DNA of 63,697 nucleotides, filler included, from Fonticula-like sp. SCN 57-25 (lineage: Eukaryota): assembly GCA_001724245.1 (NCBI GenBank). It is 5 parts of 5 records of this genome, joined end to end, with 100 filler letters (N's around TTAATTAATTAA, not from the genome) between each part and the next. Parts side by side here need not be neighbours in the genome. Positions count along the whole stretch, not along the records: positions 1 to 9,305 come from MEDX01000686.1; positions 9,406 to 26,680 come from MEDX01000687.1; 3 more parts are not named here. One strand, given 5' to 3'. The notes below the pieces were generated by a model. That model saw only the letters and a program-made list of their open reading frames with translations. It made no database searches and had not been told where the DNA came from. A program made the translations under genes and the position numbers. Below, piece after piece: positions 1 to 12,492 of the stretch. Within the stretch, counting starts at the first letter, position 1; each line of letters starts with the position of its first letter.

Positions 1-189
1 CAGACGGGCCTTGCGCTGTAGCGTGTATTATGTAATATGATTGTTCAACATGTAATAAAAGTAATTGATAGGCATGCAGCATTCATGATAAATCATGAAT
101 TCGTATTGAATTGTATCAGTTTCACTGTGATTTACGGCAATTTCACATTGATTTGTCGCACTTGGGCGTCACTGTACATGATATATGGT

Positions 190-834
190 TCAATTTGAGG
201 CTGCCCAGTCGGACTTTCCCCCCGTTTTGCTTGTCACCTTGACACTCGTTACGCTCGCTGCCCTGTCGACCGCCTTTACCATGTCGTACACGGTCAGCCC
301 CGCAACTGCCGCGGCCGTCATCGCCTCCATCTCAACGCCCGTTCGACCGACGCACTCGACGCGCGCCTCAATGTCAACGCCATCGTCCCCAAGCACGAGG
401 TTTACCGCCACGTGGTCAAGTATGATTGGGTGGCAGAGCGGGATGAGCTCTGACGTGCGCTTGGCTGCCATGATGCCCGCGATGCGCGCGGTGGCGAGCA
501 CGTCGCCCTTGCGCTCGCGGCCGTCCGAGAGGACGAGCGCCCGCGCGAGAGGGTTCAAAAGGACGCGACACGTGGCCGTGGCCGTGCGGTGCGTTTCGGG
601 CTTGGACGAGACGGCGACCATGCGCGCCGACCCGCGCTCGTCGACGTGGGTGAGGGCGGGCGGGGCGGCGGATGTCGAGTACGAGCGGCGGCCCCATCTA
701 TTTGGGCGGGAATGTTGGTCAATAGGGACAGGGGGCATTGCATACCTTGAATGAGTCAGGCTCGTCGGCTTTATATAATTGTACAATGAATCACTTGTCT
801 GAATAATGGGAAAATTGAATGCACATGAGCTCAT
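190..834 (-). CDS. MOCS1B: Cyclic pyranopterin monophosphate synthase (MoaC/MOCS1B); in-frame 48-nt intron at 745-698
   Basis: LTHVD..G.ARMV, KGDVLATARIAGIMAAKRTSELIPLCHP, TGVEMEA, YDMVKAVD, KTGGKS MoaC motifs. Confidence 0.95.
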   Translation of the reverse strand: MSSCAFNFPIIQTSDSLYNYIKPTSLTHSRYAMPPVPIDQHSRPNRWGRRSYSTSAAPPALTHVDERGSARMVAVSSKPETHRTATATCRVLLNPLARALVLSDGRERKGDVLATARIAGIMAAKRTSELIPLCHPIILDHVAVNLVLGDDGVDIEARVECVGRTGVEMEAMTAAAVAGLTVYDMVKAVDRAASVTSVKVTSKTGGKSDWAASN

Positions 835-908
835 GGCTGATAGAAGGGAAGAGGTTTGAAGGAAAATTGATAGAAAAAATTACTTTCCGCACTCCCTTCC
901 CATCCCTC

Positions 909-2042
909 TCAGCCGCCAATTGTGATCATGGGCCGGTTCTTTGTCGCCGCGATAACGTCCATGCCCGCGTGGCGGGCCTTTTTCCTCTGCAGCGCCTGCC
1001 CAATGACATCACAAATGGCTTCATCGCTGTCCCCGCTCCTCAACCGATCGCGGAGCGACACTTCTGCCGCCCCAAACAAACACACCTTCAAGTTGCCGTC
1101 GGCAGTCAGGCGAACGCGGTTGCACGTCCCGCAAAAGTGTGACGTCATCGAAGAGATGAATCCAACGTGGCCGGCATGGTGAGGGATGACATGGCGCTTG
1201 GCGGTCGCGTTCCGGTCGGGGTCGGCGTCCATGTCGGGCCGGATTCCGGGGAAGGACGTGCGAAGAAGGTCGAGCGTCGACGTGTACGGTACCAGCTTGT
1301 CCGACTTCCAGCCGTTCCCGTCAAAGGGCATGTACTCAATAAAGCGCACTTCAAGGGGACGATCACGCGTCATCGCCACGAACGAGGGAGCCTCATCATC
1401 ATTGACGCCTTTCATTAAAACAACATTGAGCTTGACAGACGACATCGACAAGGATAGCGCAGTGTCAATCGAGCGAAGAACGCGATCGTGCCCTATGCAG
1501 CGCGGTAAGGAAAATTTGAAAGATGGTTGCGGTAAAACGAGCAAGGTAAACGAACGTACCTTTCCTCCGCGTGATGCGCTCAAACTTTGCAGGGTCCAAT
1601 GTATCCAAACTGATATTCACTTGGTCGAGACCAGCTCGAACAAGATCCGGAAGCATTCGATGTAGCACGAGGCCGTTGGTCGTCATGCCGATCGTCTCGA
1701 GGCCGGACGCCTTGAGCGAATTAAGATCGCTAACAATATCAACGAGATCCTTGCGGACTGTCGGCTCCCCGCCCGTCAGACGAATCTTGGTGACACCCTG
1801 AGAGACAAAGAGACGCGCGAGGCGACCGATCTCTGCGCGCGACAAGAGGCGCGAGTCGGGCGTCAGCGTCACGCCGTCCGGCGGCATGCAATACTGGCCT
1901 GCTCGCCTCGATGAGCCAAACCAGTGATAAAAAAAAGAAATACAATAAGCGTACAGCGCAAATTGCATCGCTCCGTTAGCGAGATGCGTAGATAATTGTG
2001 AAAACGGCCGAATGAGTCGGTCAATTTCGACCGCCCAGCCAT
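909..2042 (-). CDS. MOCS1A: GTP 3',8-cyclase (MoaA/MOCS1A), radical SAM enzyme, spliced
   Basis: [63 protein letters not shown]-terminal RPMITIGG*. Confidence 0.95.
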
Positions 2043-2265
2043 GGTGATAGCGCGGCCGGTGATAGTCACGCTTTGGCCCAATCCCGATTCGATCGCGATC
2101 AAGTCAATCCACACGCACGAACGACGATTTATGCCGTATTTTTGCTGCATCATTGCATGCGGCACAAAAGCGAGCGCATGACCACACTTTTTTTTGAAGC
2201 GACTGTGTCATATATTCACGCAAAAACAAAAAGCAGAAAAAACGAATAATTTAAATAACCAAAGA

Positions 2266-3505
2266 CTACTGCCCTGACGACTGATGATGTTGCCTTTGCA
2301 ACCGTTCCTGTTGGCCCGAGGCATGGTTAGTCGCTCATCACTGAATTGAAAGCAACGCGTACATTCTCATGCTTGAGCTCCTTGGATTTAAGCAAAAGCG
2401 CCTTTCTCTTGATGCTCTCGTACTTTTGCTGCAGCGCCGCCTTCTCGGTCGTCAAATTCATGAAAGCGTCGAGCAGCTGGCTGCCGTGCGGCGCATACTC
2501 GTCGCCGCCGACCATCCCGAGGCCGCCTCCCAGCATAGGAACCGCCTGCGCAGTCTCGCGACGGCGGCCCGCGGGCATGCCAAACGTCTGCCTGTCCCGC
2601 TGCACCTCTGTCCGGAGCGCCTCGACCTCCTGCTCAAGACGCTCGATTTGCCGGTCCCGGTCCTGGATGAGCGGGTGTGCGAGGGACAGCACGGGGGCGC
2701 CACGTGCGCTGCCACTGGCACCCGCGACAAACGGGCCTGATGAGGGGCCCGCCACGGGGCGCGCGGCGGCGTAGTGTCTCTGCTGGTTGTCGTGGTCCGG
2801 TGCTGGCCGCCGCTGGAGCTCTGTGCGAAGCTTCAGGAGCTCCTGCTCATACGCGTCGCGGAGAGCGAGCTCGCGCTGCTCTGCCTGCCAAATCTGCTCC
2901 TGAAGAGCGCGCTGAAACCGCTCCTGCTCCTGGATCAGCATCAAGTGCGAGCGCTCCTGCTCCTGGATGAGCGCCTGCTGATGCTTTTGCGACTCCTCCC
3001 AAAGCTGGCGAAGAAGATTCTGAACCTGAAGCTGAAGAACTTGCACTGAACGCGCGTCGTAGGCAGCAGAGCCCATATTTGCTCCCCATGTTGAGGGAAT
3101 GCCGGAATTCAAATAAGCATCAGTGCGCGGCGCGGCGGCAGCCTGGGGGGGCACAGCGGAAAAATCGCCCATCTTGCCGCCATTAAAAGCATCGTACGTT
3201 TCCTTCTTTTTCGTCTCCAACCCATGCGACGCCAGCGGTGCTGTGGGCATCGACAAACGAGCGGCGGCGTCGCTCGATGACGGCGGCGTCGCAGGCGCTG
3301 CTGCCGCAGCTGCGGCTGCCGAAGCGGCGGCGGCTTCGCTCTCAAGAACGGATCCGCCGGGAAGATCCAAAAACTGGTTCATTGTAAGCGCAAGCAGTTC
3401 GTCATCTTCCGCGCTGTGAAAGAGTAATTTATTAGACATTTGCTGCATCGCTTTGGGCAGCGCGCACCTTAGCAGATGCCCCGGGGTCTGCGGCGGGGCC
3501 GCCAT
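2266..3505 (-). CDS. Hypothetical coiled-coil protein (Q/E-rich), spliced
   Basis: 426-aa ORF with LIQEQER heptad repeats; GT-AG introns near both ends. Confidence 0.6.
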
Positions 3506-3655
3506 CGTACCGCACCGGTGGTCGTTGTCACCGAAACACCGAAACAGCGAAAAACTGCCGTAACGGCCGATGAAATCGCATGCGACTTTTGTGTATGCAA
3601 ACTGCAAACTGTGTTGGGCAGGAGCTGTAGTGGAGCAGTGGAGCAGTGCGAGCCA

Positions 3656-5450
3656 TGACGGGGGTGGCTCATCGGCTTCAAAAGTCCCCTTTCGTTCAGT
3701 CTATTGCAGTGAGCATCAAGCATGGGCATAGGGTACATTTTGTTTTGCTTTTTTCGTATTGCTAACAATGCTATAGGGGACAATTATTGGGATTCTAATA
3801 TTCTTCGCGCTCGCGCTTCGATGCGGCGTCGCGCTTCACTCGTACAGTGGAGCCGGCAAGCCGCCAATGCATGGTGACTTTGAGGCACAGCGTCATTGGA
3901 TGGAGATCACCTACCACACCCCGCTTGGAGAGTGGTATCGGAATACGACGGACAACAACCTGCAGTACTGGGGGCTCGACTATCCCCCGCTGACGGCCTA
4001 CCACAGCTATGTCATGGGCTACGTGTACGCATCGCTTGTCGCGCAGTGATCCCTCGGGAGCTGACTGGTGTCTTTGTAGAGCGGATCATTTTGTTGATCC
4101 TTCTCTTGTCGCCCTGCACACCTCGCGCGGCCTTGAATCGCCGCCCATGAAGCTCTTTATGCGGGCGACCGTTCTCGTCAGCGACGTCTTGATATACTTT
4201 CCTGCCGTATGCCTGTTTGCGTTCCTCGTCACCCGTGGGAGTTCGTCGGCTGCCTCTGAGGAGCTTCCCTTTATCTTGATCTTTCTCCTTTTGTGCCACC
4301 CGGCGCTGATCCTGATCGACCATGGGCACTTTCAGTACAACAGCGTGATGCTGGGCTTTGCTTTGGCGGCGGCCGCGCTCCTCTTTCGCGACGGCGAATC
4401 CGACTCTGTGCTTGACTGGCGCCGGCTGGCGGGGGCCGTCTGCTTCTGCCTCGCCATTGCGTTCAAGCAAATGGCGCTCTACTACTCGCTGCCCATCTTT
4501 TGCTTTCTTTTGGGCGGTGTCCGGCGAAGCGCCAAACTCACCAGCACGGCAAAGAGGCACGACCCTTGGCTCTGCTTTATTGTTTACTGACATGAAAGTT
4601 TGCAGTTTGCAACGCCTCTTCTTTCTTGGCGGCGCGGTCGTCCTTACCTTTGGTGTCCTTCTGCTCCCCTTTGCGATGTCGTCGTCGCTTTCTGATGTGT
4701 TCACGCGCATCTTCCCCGTGAACCGCGGCCTCTTTGAGGACAAGGTGGCCAACTTTTGGTGCTCGCTCTCTGTGCTTGTAAAGGTGAGGAACCTCTTTGA
4801 CACTGCGACGCTTGTCAAGCTGAGCGGCGTGCTGACGCTGGTCGGCTGCGCGCCGTCCTGCATCAACGTGCTGGGCCGCCCCTCGGGCGACCGCCTTTTG
4901 TTTGCGCTGTTCTCCTGCAGCATGTGCTTTTTCCTCACATCCTTTCAAGTGCACGAGAAAAACATTCTGCTCCCGCTTATGCCGCTGCTGCTGCTCACGC
5001 CGCAGTATGTCGCGTGGGGGATGTGGTGCGCCCAGATCATGACGTTTAGCCTGTTTCCCCTGCTCGAAAAGGACGGGCTCGTCATCGCGTACATTGCCAC
5101 GTCCGCGATTTGGCTCGCGCTCAGGGCGACCTTTTCGGTCAAGGACGCGAGGCCCACGTGGGTCGTCATCATGATGCGGGTACGCGCCGCCGTTTCTCGT
5201 GACTTTTGACTCTAAATCGCTTGTCTCTGTTTAGGGGTCGTACCTGTTCATTCTACTGTGGCATTTGCTCCAAGCGACTGTTCCTCCTCCGGAGCGCTAT
5301 CCTGACATTTACGTCGTCGTGAATTGCGTGTTTTGCTACGTGTGCTTTTCGTTGACATATTTGTACTTTTTGCATGCCCAGATGTGGTACACGGGCGACC
5401 TCGACATTGCTCCGACGCCCGGGGACGCCGACTCTAAAAAGCAGCGGTAA
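3656..5450 (+). CDS. ALG6: Dol-P-Glc alpha-1,3-glucosyltransferase; multi-exon, start approximate
   Basis: [63 protein letters not shown]-terminal KKxx. Confidence 0.95.
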
Positions 5451-5542
5451 TTATAATGATATTAATAAATACAGTTTGATAGCGAATGATCGTGCGCTCA
5501 GCGCTTTAACTACACCCGTACAGCGGGCCCACGCAAAAGGGT

Positions 5543-5885
5543 CTACTTTTCCTTGGGGCCCGCAGCGAGAAGTTTCTCTAGCTTCTCGTACGTTGTTCTA
5601 TGCCTAAATATCTCATTGTCGTTCAAGTGAACAACGGGAATATCATAAAAGTACTTTTGGCGCCACTCCTTGTTCTCCTCGAGATCAATGTTGACCTCGC
5701 GCAAGGCAAGCGGGATCTACCACACCTTAGCAGACGAAATGCGTTTCTCCCACCAGTACCTTTTTTCCAACTTCAAAAATTACTTCTTTNTTTCCAACTT
5801 CAAAAATTACTTCTTTGGCCTCGTCGCAGAGCGTGCACCCTGGCTTGGTGAACATTACCAGCATCCTGCGTGCGGCGGCCGCCAT
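5543..5885 (-). CDS. Glutaredoxin-like DUF836 protein, 2 exons (missed by the ORF track)
   Basis: Reverse strand reads MAAAARRMLVMFTKPGCTLCDEAKE...|...EVNIDLEENKEWRQKYFYDIPVVHLN; CxxC plus YxYDIPV. Confidence 0.85.
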
Positions 5886-6088
5886 CCTTGGCCCAACTCG
5901 AGACGAGTGTCAGCAACAAGTGCAAACTCGAGTCAGATTGCATCGAGTGACGTCTGCTTTGCAGCTCGCTGGTTCGGGTGAAGAGAGTAGTTGGTGACAC
6001 GCGGAGATCTGTGACACACGTTGGCTGCAGCAATTCGTAGAGCGTTGCTGGTTGAATTGAACGTTTGTAAAGACTACGGAACAAGACA

Positions 6089-6813
6089 ATGTCGGCGCCC
6101 AATCCCGTTTACGTCCGGCGGTTGCAAAAGGAGCTCACCGACATGACGGTGTCTCCGATGGAGAACGTGAGGGTTGAAGACGCTGCGGATCTCTCCTGGT
6201 ACGCGCGCGCCACCTTTGACAATGCCGCTAATAGTGTTGACGTATATAGCTGGAACATTTCTATCAATGGTGCTGAAGGGACTCTGTATGAGGGCGAGAC
6301 CTTTCACCTGCGCGTACGTTCGATACTGTGTGCCCCTCGCTGTTGGCTGACTGCTTGTGCGCAGTTTCGGTTTCCAAACTCGTACCCAATGGAGAGCCCC
6401 GAGGTGCGTGCTTTATTCCCTCTGTTGCTTGTGTATTGAGCACTGTTTTGCGGTAGGTTGTATTTTTGAACCGCCCGCCAGTTCATCCCCACGTTTACAC
6501 TAATGGCCACATCTGCCTATCGATTTTGTATGACGCATGGTCGCCTGCGCTGACGACGCAGAGCGTCTGCTTGAGCATCCTCTCCATGCTCTCGAGCGCG
6601 ACGGTCAAAGTACGTTGTTACCGCGATAGCGATGGCAGTGCGCTGAGCAATGTTTACAGGAACTACCAGAGGGCAACGACGGGTACGTGCGCTCGATGGG
6701 CAACCGGTCGCCAAAGGCAGCGCAGTGGAACTTTCACGGTACGCGATACGAATATTTGACTATTGAGCGGGCGCATGGCTAATATCAGTGCGGCTGCAGA
6801 TGACAAATGCTGA
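6089..6813 (+). CDS. UBE2W: Ubiquitin-conjugating enzyme E2 W, multi-exon
   Basis: [43 protein letters not shown], ending W.FH|DDKC*. Confidence 0.9.
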
Positions 6814-6974
6814 ATAGATGGTATTTCTCCTGCATATCTAAACTTATCACCAGTAGCTGTATTTGTGTTGAATGTATCCATGTACCAGAATACTCTTTAG
6901 TCCTTTCAGCGTTTCGGAGACTGTGCACACTCATCATCATTACAGGATCATTTCAAGTGTCCAAACCTATGATA

Positions 6975-9305
6975 CATATGGTCCCCCCTCCTTGGTCGGG
7001 ACACCTCCGAGATCGGGACACCTATTAGTGTGAGACGTTTTCTGCAATGAGACGAGGTTTGATTTTATGATGAGATTGTATCACAGTCCAAATGAAAAGA
7101 TTTACTTTAGTGAGACGTATTGTCGTTTAAAGAAAAGGGTCTTTATTTTGGCGGGCAAATTACGTTCGCGCGCACTTTGCTGATGCACATGCTAATGCTT
7201 TTCGCTTTCAGATCTGACACGTGGACACTATGACTCGCCTTGATCCTTCTGTGCTGGAGTTCCTCCGCAGCATGCAGCTGGGCGCTAACTCGCCTGTAGC
7301 CAAGTCGCTGATCGCAGACGACATTTGCTCCATGGAGCAGCTGTTAGTGTGCCGCGAAGCTGAGCTCCTCCTCTATGGCTTCACCAAGGGCCAGGTTCTG
7401 ACCCTTCGACAGCGCAAGCAGGAAATGATTGCGTCATCCCCGCCACCGCCGATGCGTGCAAGCAGCGATGGGGCGATTGTGCTGCGCCCTCGCACGCCTG
7501 AACGAAGCCCCGCCCCGTCGCCTGCTCGCCCTGTCGCCCAGCCCCTTCTCCGTCTATCTCAGGTTAAGTTGGTCCCCGCTTACACCACTAGCCAGACGCA
7601 GAAGCAAGTCTTCGCAAGGCCGCTCTGGACACGGGCGTTGCGCTGAGCACTCTGCAAGCACACGCTTCGGGTACCAGCAAGGTCGTGGGCCGTGGAGCCC
7701 CGAGCGCACTGTCTGCTGACCAGGAAGAACTTGTTGTGTCTTGGGCTGACACCGCTTCGGTCATGGGGTGGGAAGTCACCCGTTCCATCCTCTCTCAGCG
7801 CGTCATTGAACTCAAGCCCACACTGAAGTGCAGCGAGCGCTGGTGGTCTGCCTTTTTGCGCCGCAACCCGAACCTTCAGCGCAAGAAGAACGTTGGCATG
7901 GAAGGGCCGCGCGCCAGTGCTCTGAATGCGCCCAACATTACCCGCTGGACGACGCTTCTCGCCGAGACTATCGACCGCCTCAAGATATCTGCGAGCCAGA
8001 TATTTAACATGGACGAAACTGGTTTCTCGTTTGACCTTGTACGTTACATATTTAATTTGATATATGGTTTATTGCGTGATATTTTCGAGAAATTTGTATC
8101 ATTCATCCATAAAATGTTCATCAATAAACTCACAGAATCGACTCCATATAGACCGGTGGCTACACTTACTGCGGAAAGCAAACCAAGCCGGTTGCGCTTG
8201 TGTCCAAGGAGCGCGAGCACCTCTCCTTGGCATGCTTTATCCGTGCCGACGGAGTCGCTCTGCCGCCGTTCCTCGTCTTCTCCGCGACGGGAAACAAGGC
8301 GAGGGACGAGTGGCTGTCGCGGGTCGACAAAGCGGTGAGCGCGAGCGCCACGTCGACGAGCGCATCTTTGGCCAGGTGATCGACCACTTTATCGCTTGGC
8401 TGAAGGCGCAGAACGTCCCGCCGCCGTACCTGCTCATCCTCGACGGCTGCAGCTCGCACGTCAGCAGCGTCGCGACCCTGCGCAAGCTTATCGACGCGCA
8501 GGTGCACGCGCTCACCATGCCCGCGCATACGTCAAGCGTGCTGCAGCCGCTGGATGTGGGCGTCTTTGCGCCGTTCAAGGCGTTCTTGCGCAAGGCGACG
8601 GCCGACATTCGGCTGGAGGGAACTCGCTCCCAGTTCCTCCCGAAGGCCGACATGGCGGAGGTCGCCTGCAAGGCCTGGGAAACCGCCGCGTCCCCGTCCA
8701 ACGTGGTTGCAGCATTTCGCAGCGCTGGAGCGTGGCCTGTCAACCGCGAACTCGCCGATAAGCTGGCGAAGAACGGCGTCCTTGCTGCGAGCGAGCGCTT
8801 CCGCCGTCCCACGCAGGGAAGCTTTCACCGCACGCCGGGCATGATCCGGTTCGGCGAGGACGCCACCAAGGAGCTCAACAAGAGTCCTCACCTTGCCGCG
8901 CTCAACCTCTCGCCGGTGAAGAAGCGCATGCGCGAGCCGGTGCCGGATTCCTTCAAGCTCGCCCCGCTGCCGCCGGCGACGAAGAAGGCGCGCCTCATCA
9001 ACGGCGAGAACCCGTCCATCCCGAAGATGTTGACTGACGGCGCGCGCCTGGCTGCTCTTTCGGAGCTTCAGGACCGGCGCGAGGTGGAGAAGGACAAGAA
9101 GACGAACGTCGCCAAGGCGGAGTCGGTGCTGCGCTCCCACCTTGTTGAAAAGGGTTTCATGGAGGAGGATGACCGCCTGACGAAGGCCATCCTCCATGAG
9201 TTCCTCAAGATGCAAGGGTGCGGAGTGCCGATCACGGTGAGTCGTGAGTCCATGTTCAATGACGCCGACAAGCTCGTGAGGACTGGCCGCCAGCTCGTCC
9301 ACAAG
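6975..9305 (+). mobile_element. pogo/Fot1-like (Tc1/mariner superfamily) DNA transposon, truncated by the contig end
   Basis: TA followed by a candidate TIR with direct repeats TCGGGACACCT (6996-7006, 7013-7023), then a transposase. Confidence 0.8.
7230..9305 (+). pseudogene. DDE_1 transposase (HTH, CENP-B-type HTH, DDE) with an intron and an apparent frameshift near 8350
   Basis: SLRKAALDTGVALSTL, SERWWSAFLRRNP, IFNMDETG, LLILDGCSSH, PAHTSSVLQPLDVGVFAPFK; frame changes between ...VSASATS and VDERIF. Confidence 0.8.
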
Positions 9306-9405
9306 NNNNNNNNNNNNNNNNNNNNNNNNNNNNNNNNNNNNNNNNNNNNTTAATTAATTAANNNNNNNNNNNNNNNNNNNNNNNNNNNNNNNNNNNNNNN
9401 NNNNN
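9306..9405. other. Artificial contig linker
   Basis: N-run/TTAATTAATTAA/N-run. Confidence 0.98.
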
Positions 9406-9502
9406 TGCTTCCCGTGATTGGCGGATCGTTTCAGCCACGCGTCGTTCCCACAGCTTTTTTTTTAGCTTTGTGTGCGTTTGTGTCCGTCGGCAGTCGGGGC
9501 AG

Positions 9503-11100
9503 ATGGAGGACGAAAAGAACGAGAGTACGGCTTGACAAAGAGAGATCTGGTCGGAATGCTCATTGTTAAACTAGTTCAATCGTCGGATGTGGCTGCGGCC
9601 CGTGCCGGTGAGGATGATAACCGCTCGATGCTTACGATGCGTGACAAGCTCGCCTATGGTATCGGCACGCTTGGAAACTGGTACGGTTTCGCGCCCGCGC
9701 AATGTTCAATGCGCTGACGCGCCCTTTTCAGCGCGACCTTCATCATTGGTTTCTTCTGGAATACCTACCTGTTCCACATTGGCATGGATCCCCGCCAGGC
9801 GTCCACTGCTCAGCTGATCCCCAAGGTGTGGGATGCGCTGATTGACCCCGTTATTGGTTATCTGTCCGATAAGACGCGTTCTCGTTTTGGCCGTCGCCGC
9901 CCTTGGCTGCTTGGTGCTGCCGTTCCCGCTGGTATTTTCTTCTTCATGGTTTGGTGGTTCCCTGCGGAGAATCCCGACTCGTGGCTCGCGTACTTCCTGG
10001 TCATCTACTGCCTTCAGCGCACGTCGTATACGTCGTACATGGTTCCTTATGCCGCTCTTACGATGGAGCTGAGTCCTAAGGAATCCGACCGTAACACTTT
10101 GACGTCCTACCGCTTCTTCTTTGGCGGTGTTGGTAACCTTATTTGCGTTGCTCTCTTTGGCGCTATTCCCAACCGCGTTCTCGGCGGAAGCCAGACCGGC
10201 ACGCCCGAGGAATTCCGCCAGGCGTATATGAGCGCGGCTCTTTTTGTTGCCATCATTGTGACGGTGTCCATTCTTGCGTGCTTCTTCCTTGCCAAGGAGA
10301 AGGACTTTAAGATGATTGCCAAGGACAACCAGTCCCTCCCCTTCAAGCAGGGCTTCATTACGATGATCACCAACCGCTCGTTCATGATCCTGACCGGCAT
10401 GACTGCCCTCATGTTCCTGTCGCTGCAGATGGTGCAGAGTAACATGCTGCAGTTCTTTGTTTACACGATGGGCCTGACCAAGGTGGACGCGAGCAACTGC
10501 ATCCTCGTCACGCTCGCCATGCTCATTGTGTTTGTGCCGTTGATCCGTCTTGCCCTCAACCGCGTGACCAAGAAGCTCATGTGGTTCATCGGCTGCGTCG
10601 TGTTTGGTGGCTTCTGCCTCGCTGCGTGGCTCGCGCCCGGCGCTGTGTTCATCAGCCCCACCCTGCCGCCGCTGTATGATCTCGGCTACGCCTACTTCCT
10701 CGCCGCCTTCTTTGGCCTCGTCCTTTCCATCATGTTCTACCTTCCCTGGACCATGATCCCCGACTGCATCGACACGGACGAGCTTAACACCGGCGTCCGC
10801 CGCGAGGGTCTCCACTACGCCGTCTACATCTTCTTTGAGAAGGTCGCAAGCGGCATTGGACTCTCGCTCGCCGGCTACATCCTCGACCAGAAGGGTTACA
10901 ACCCCGCCAACCCCGCGTCCAATTTCGTCCTCGCCGACACGTACCGCCAGATCATCTCGCTCGTTGCGTTCTGCATCATGATCTTCTCGTGCGTGCTCCT
11001 GCTCTTCTACCCCATCACCAGCCAGAGGCGCTTCGAGATCCAGGCCGAGCTCCTCGAGCGCCGCAAGACTGGAAACGGAGAGCGCGACAGCATGCTGTAG
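9503..11100 (+). CDS. MFS glycoside-pentoside-hexuronide (MelB/MFSD2-like) symporter
   Basis: KLAYGIG, WDALIDPVIGYLSDKTRSRFGRRRPW, VPYAALTMEL, PWTMIPDCID, RREGLHY, YPIT. Confidence 0.9.
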
Positions 11101-11438
11101 GGTCCTACCGACAGAATGTGAGTTCTTCATTTGTACTCGCCGACGAGGATGGCCGCACGTCTCCCTTTTGGCAAATGTTCCGTTTTTGCTCGTTTGCGTG
11201 TGTTTCCTTGACGTTTTCTTTTGCGCCGCGACTGCCCGCAAAAGCTGTTCTTTCTCTAGACTTTCTTCCTTATTGAATTGTCGTCTTCTGCCCATTCAAT
11301 AAAACATAGACTTTGGACTCGTTTGATCAGAAAGAAGCGGCTTTATCTTCAAAAAATACACAAAATCACTCAGATGCATGGCGCACTCGCGCGTCCTCAT
11401 CCGTTTTCACGACAGTCTACAAAATAATTTCGAACATC

Positions 11439-12350
11439 TTACCTGTCCTCGAGTCGAAGCATGAGCTCCATGACCTGGTCGTCTTGCGCCCAATCGATGC
11501 CGCTTCCTAGAATCAAGTTCTGACGCGCGCAGAGTCGGTGAGCACATGGCTATAAAGAGGAGCAAAACATACTTGAAGGACATTTCTCACAATGACGTTG
11601 CGAACGCGCGACTTTTCCAAATCCTCCTGAGCCCTCGTCGACTGCGACAACGGCTGCGACGCGGCGGCCGCTGCGGCCGCTTCGGACATTTCCTTTAGTA
11701 CTTGCCGGTTGTCCAATTTAAAAGCTGAAAGTTTCACAAAACGCGTTCAATAAAAAGTAACGAGTAAGCTAATGCGTACTTTGTGCTTCTTGTTCCGCAA
11801 CTGCCAATTCTTCCTGCAGCCGTTGCAGCGTTTGCAGTTCTTTGATCAACTGAACAGATAGCGCGTCGCGCTCCTGCACCATTTCTCTCAACGCACTGCT
11901 CTCTACAGTATCCACATCGGGCCCAAAAAAAGATTCTCCTATCACCGGCGACGTCCTCAACCGCTCAATTACTCTCCGCCCAACCCATGCCTTGACATTG
12001 GCCCGCTGGACACGCTCCTTGAGCGAGTCAACACGCTCTTCCAGTTCCCTCAAATCGTCTGCAGGGCTAAAGCCCGCCGCTTCCACTATCGCAAAAGTGT
12101 TAGGCTCTTCATTAATATCAAAAGGCAAGCGTATAAGCGCACCGGCAGCATGATGAAACGCTTCGCGATCGTTCTTTAGATACTGAAGCGCGTCATGGCG
12201 CCGACGGGCGTCCAGGACTTCCTGCTCAGCAAACGAAAGCCGCGAATGCCCATGGAGATGCATCTGGCGGAGGTCAACTGCGCCTACCGGAATGCCCAAA
12301 ACCACGCGCAGAAGCTCGTTAGGAGCGTCCCACTTGCCCGTAGCCGACAT
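11439..12350 (-). CDS. CENPH: Centromere protein H (CENP-H/Fta3)-like, 3 exons
   Basis: Coiled coil with ERDALS; spliced C-terminus RNVLQ|NLILGSGIDWAQDDQVMELML matches the CENP-H signature. Confidence 0.75.
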
Positions 12351-12492
12351 TGCTTGCTGAATCCTACGGCCCTGCTGCCACCGCTGTCTTCGAACCAAAC
12401 CGCCCAGAAACCGCCAAAATCGATACGATTTGCAGTTTGCAATTTGCAGTTTGCAGGAGGCATCTCCACTTTGGCGGCGGAGGCCAATGAGC

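Noticed and set aside
909-911. MOCS1A UGA as a selenocysteine codon
   Set aside because: It follows the conserved terminal GG motif, and no SECIS was recognised
5763-5817. Direct repeat of about 26 bp flanking a single N inside the glutaredoxin gene
   Set aside because: Typical unmerged scaffold overlap
9306-9405. Recurrent TTAATTAATTAA palindrome (also near 26725, 39526 and 52184)
   Set aside because: Artificial all-frame-stop linker; adjacency across it has no biological meaning
9706-11295. 529-aa antisense ORF
   Set aside because: Shadow of the codon-biased MFS gene
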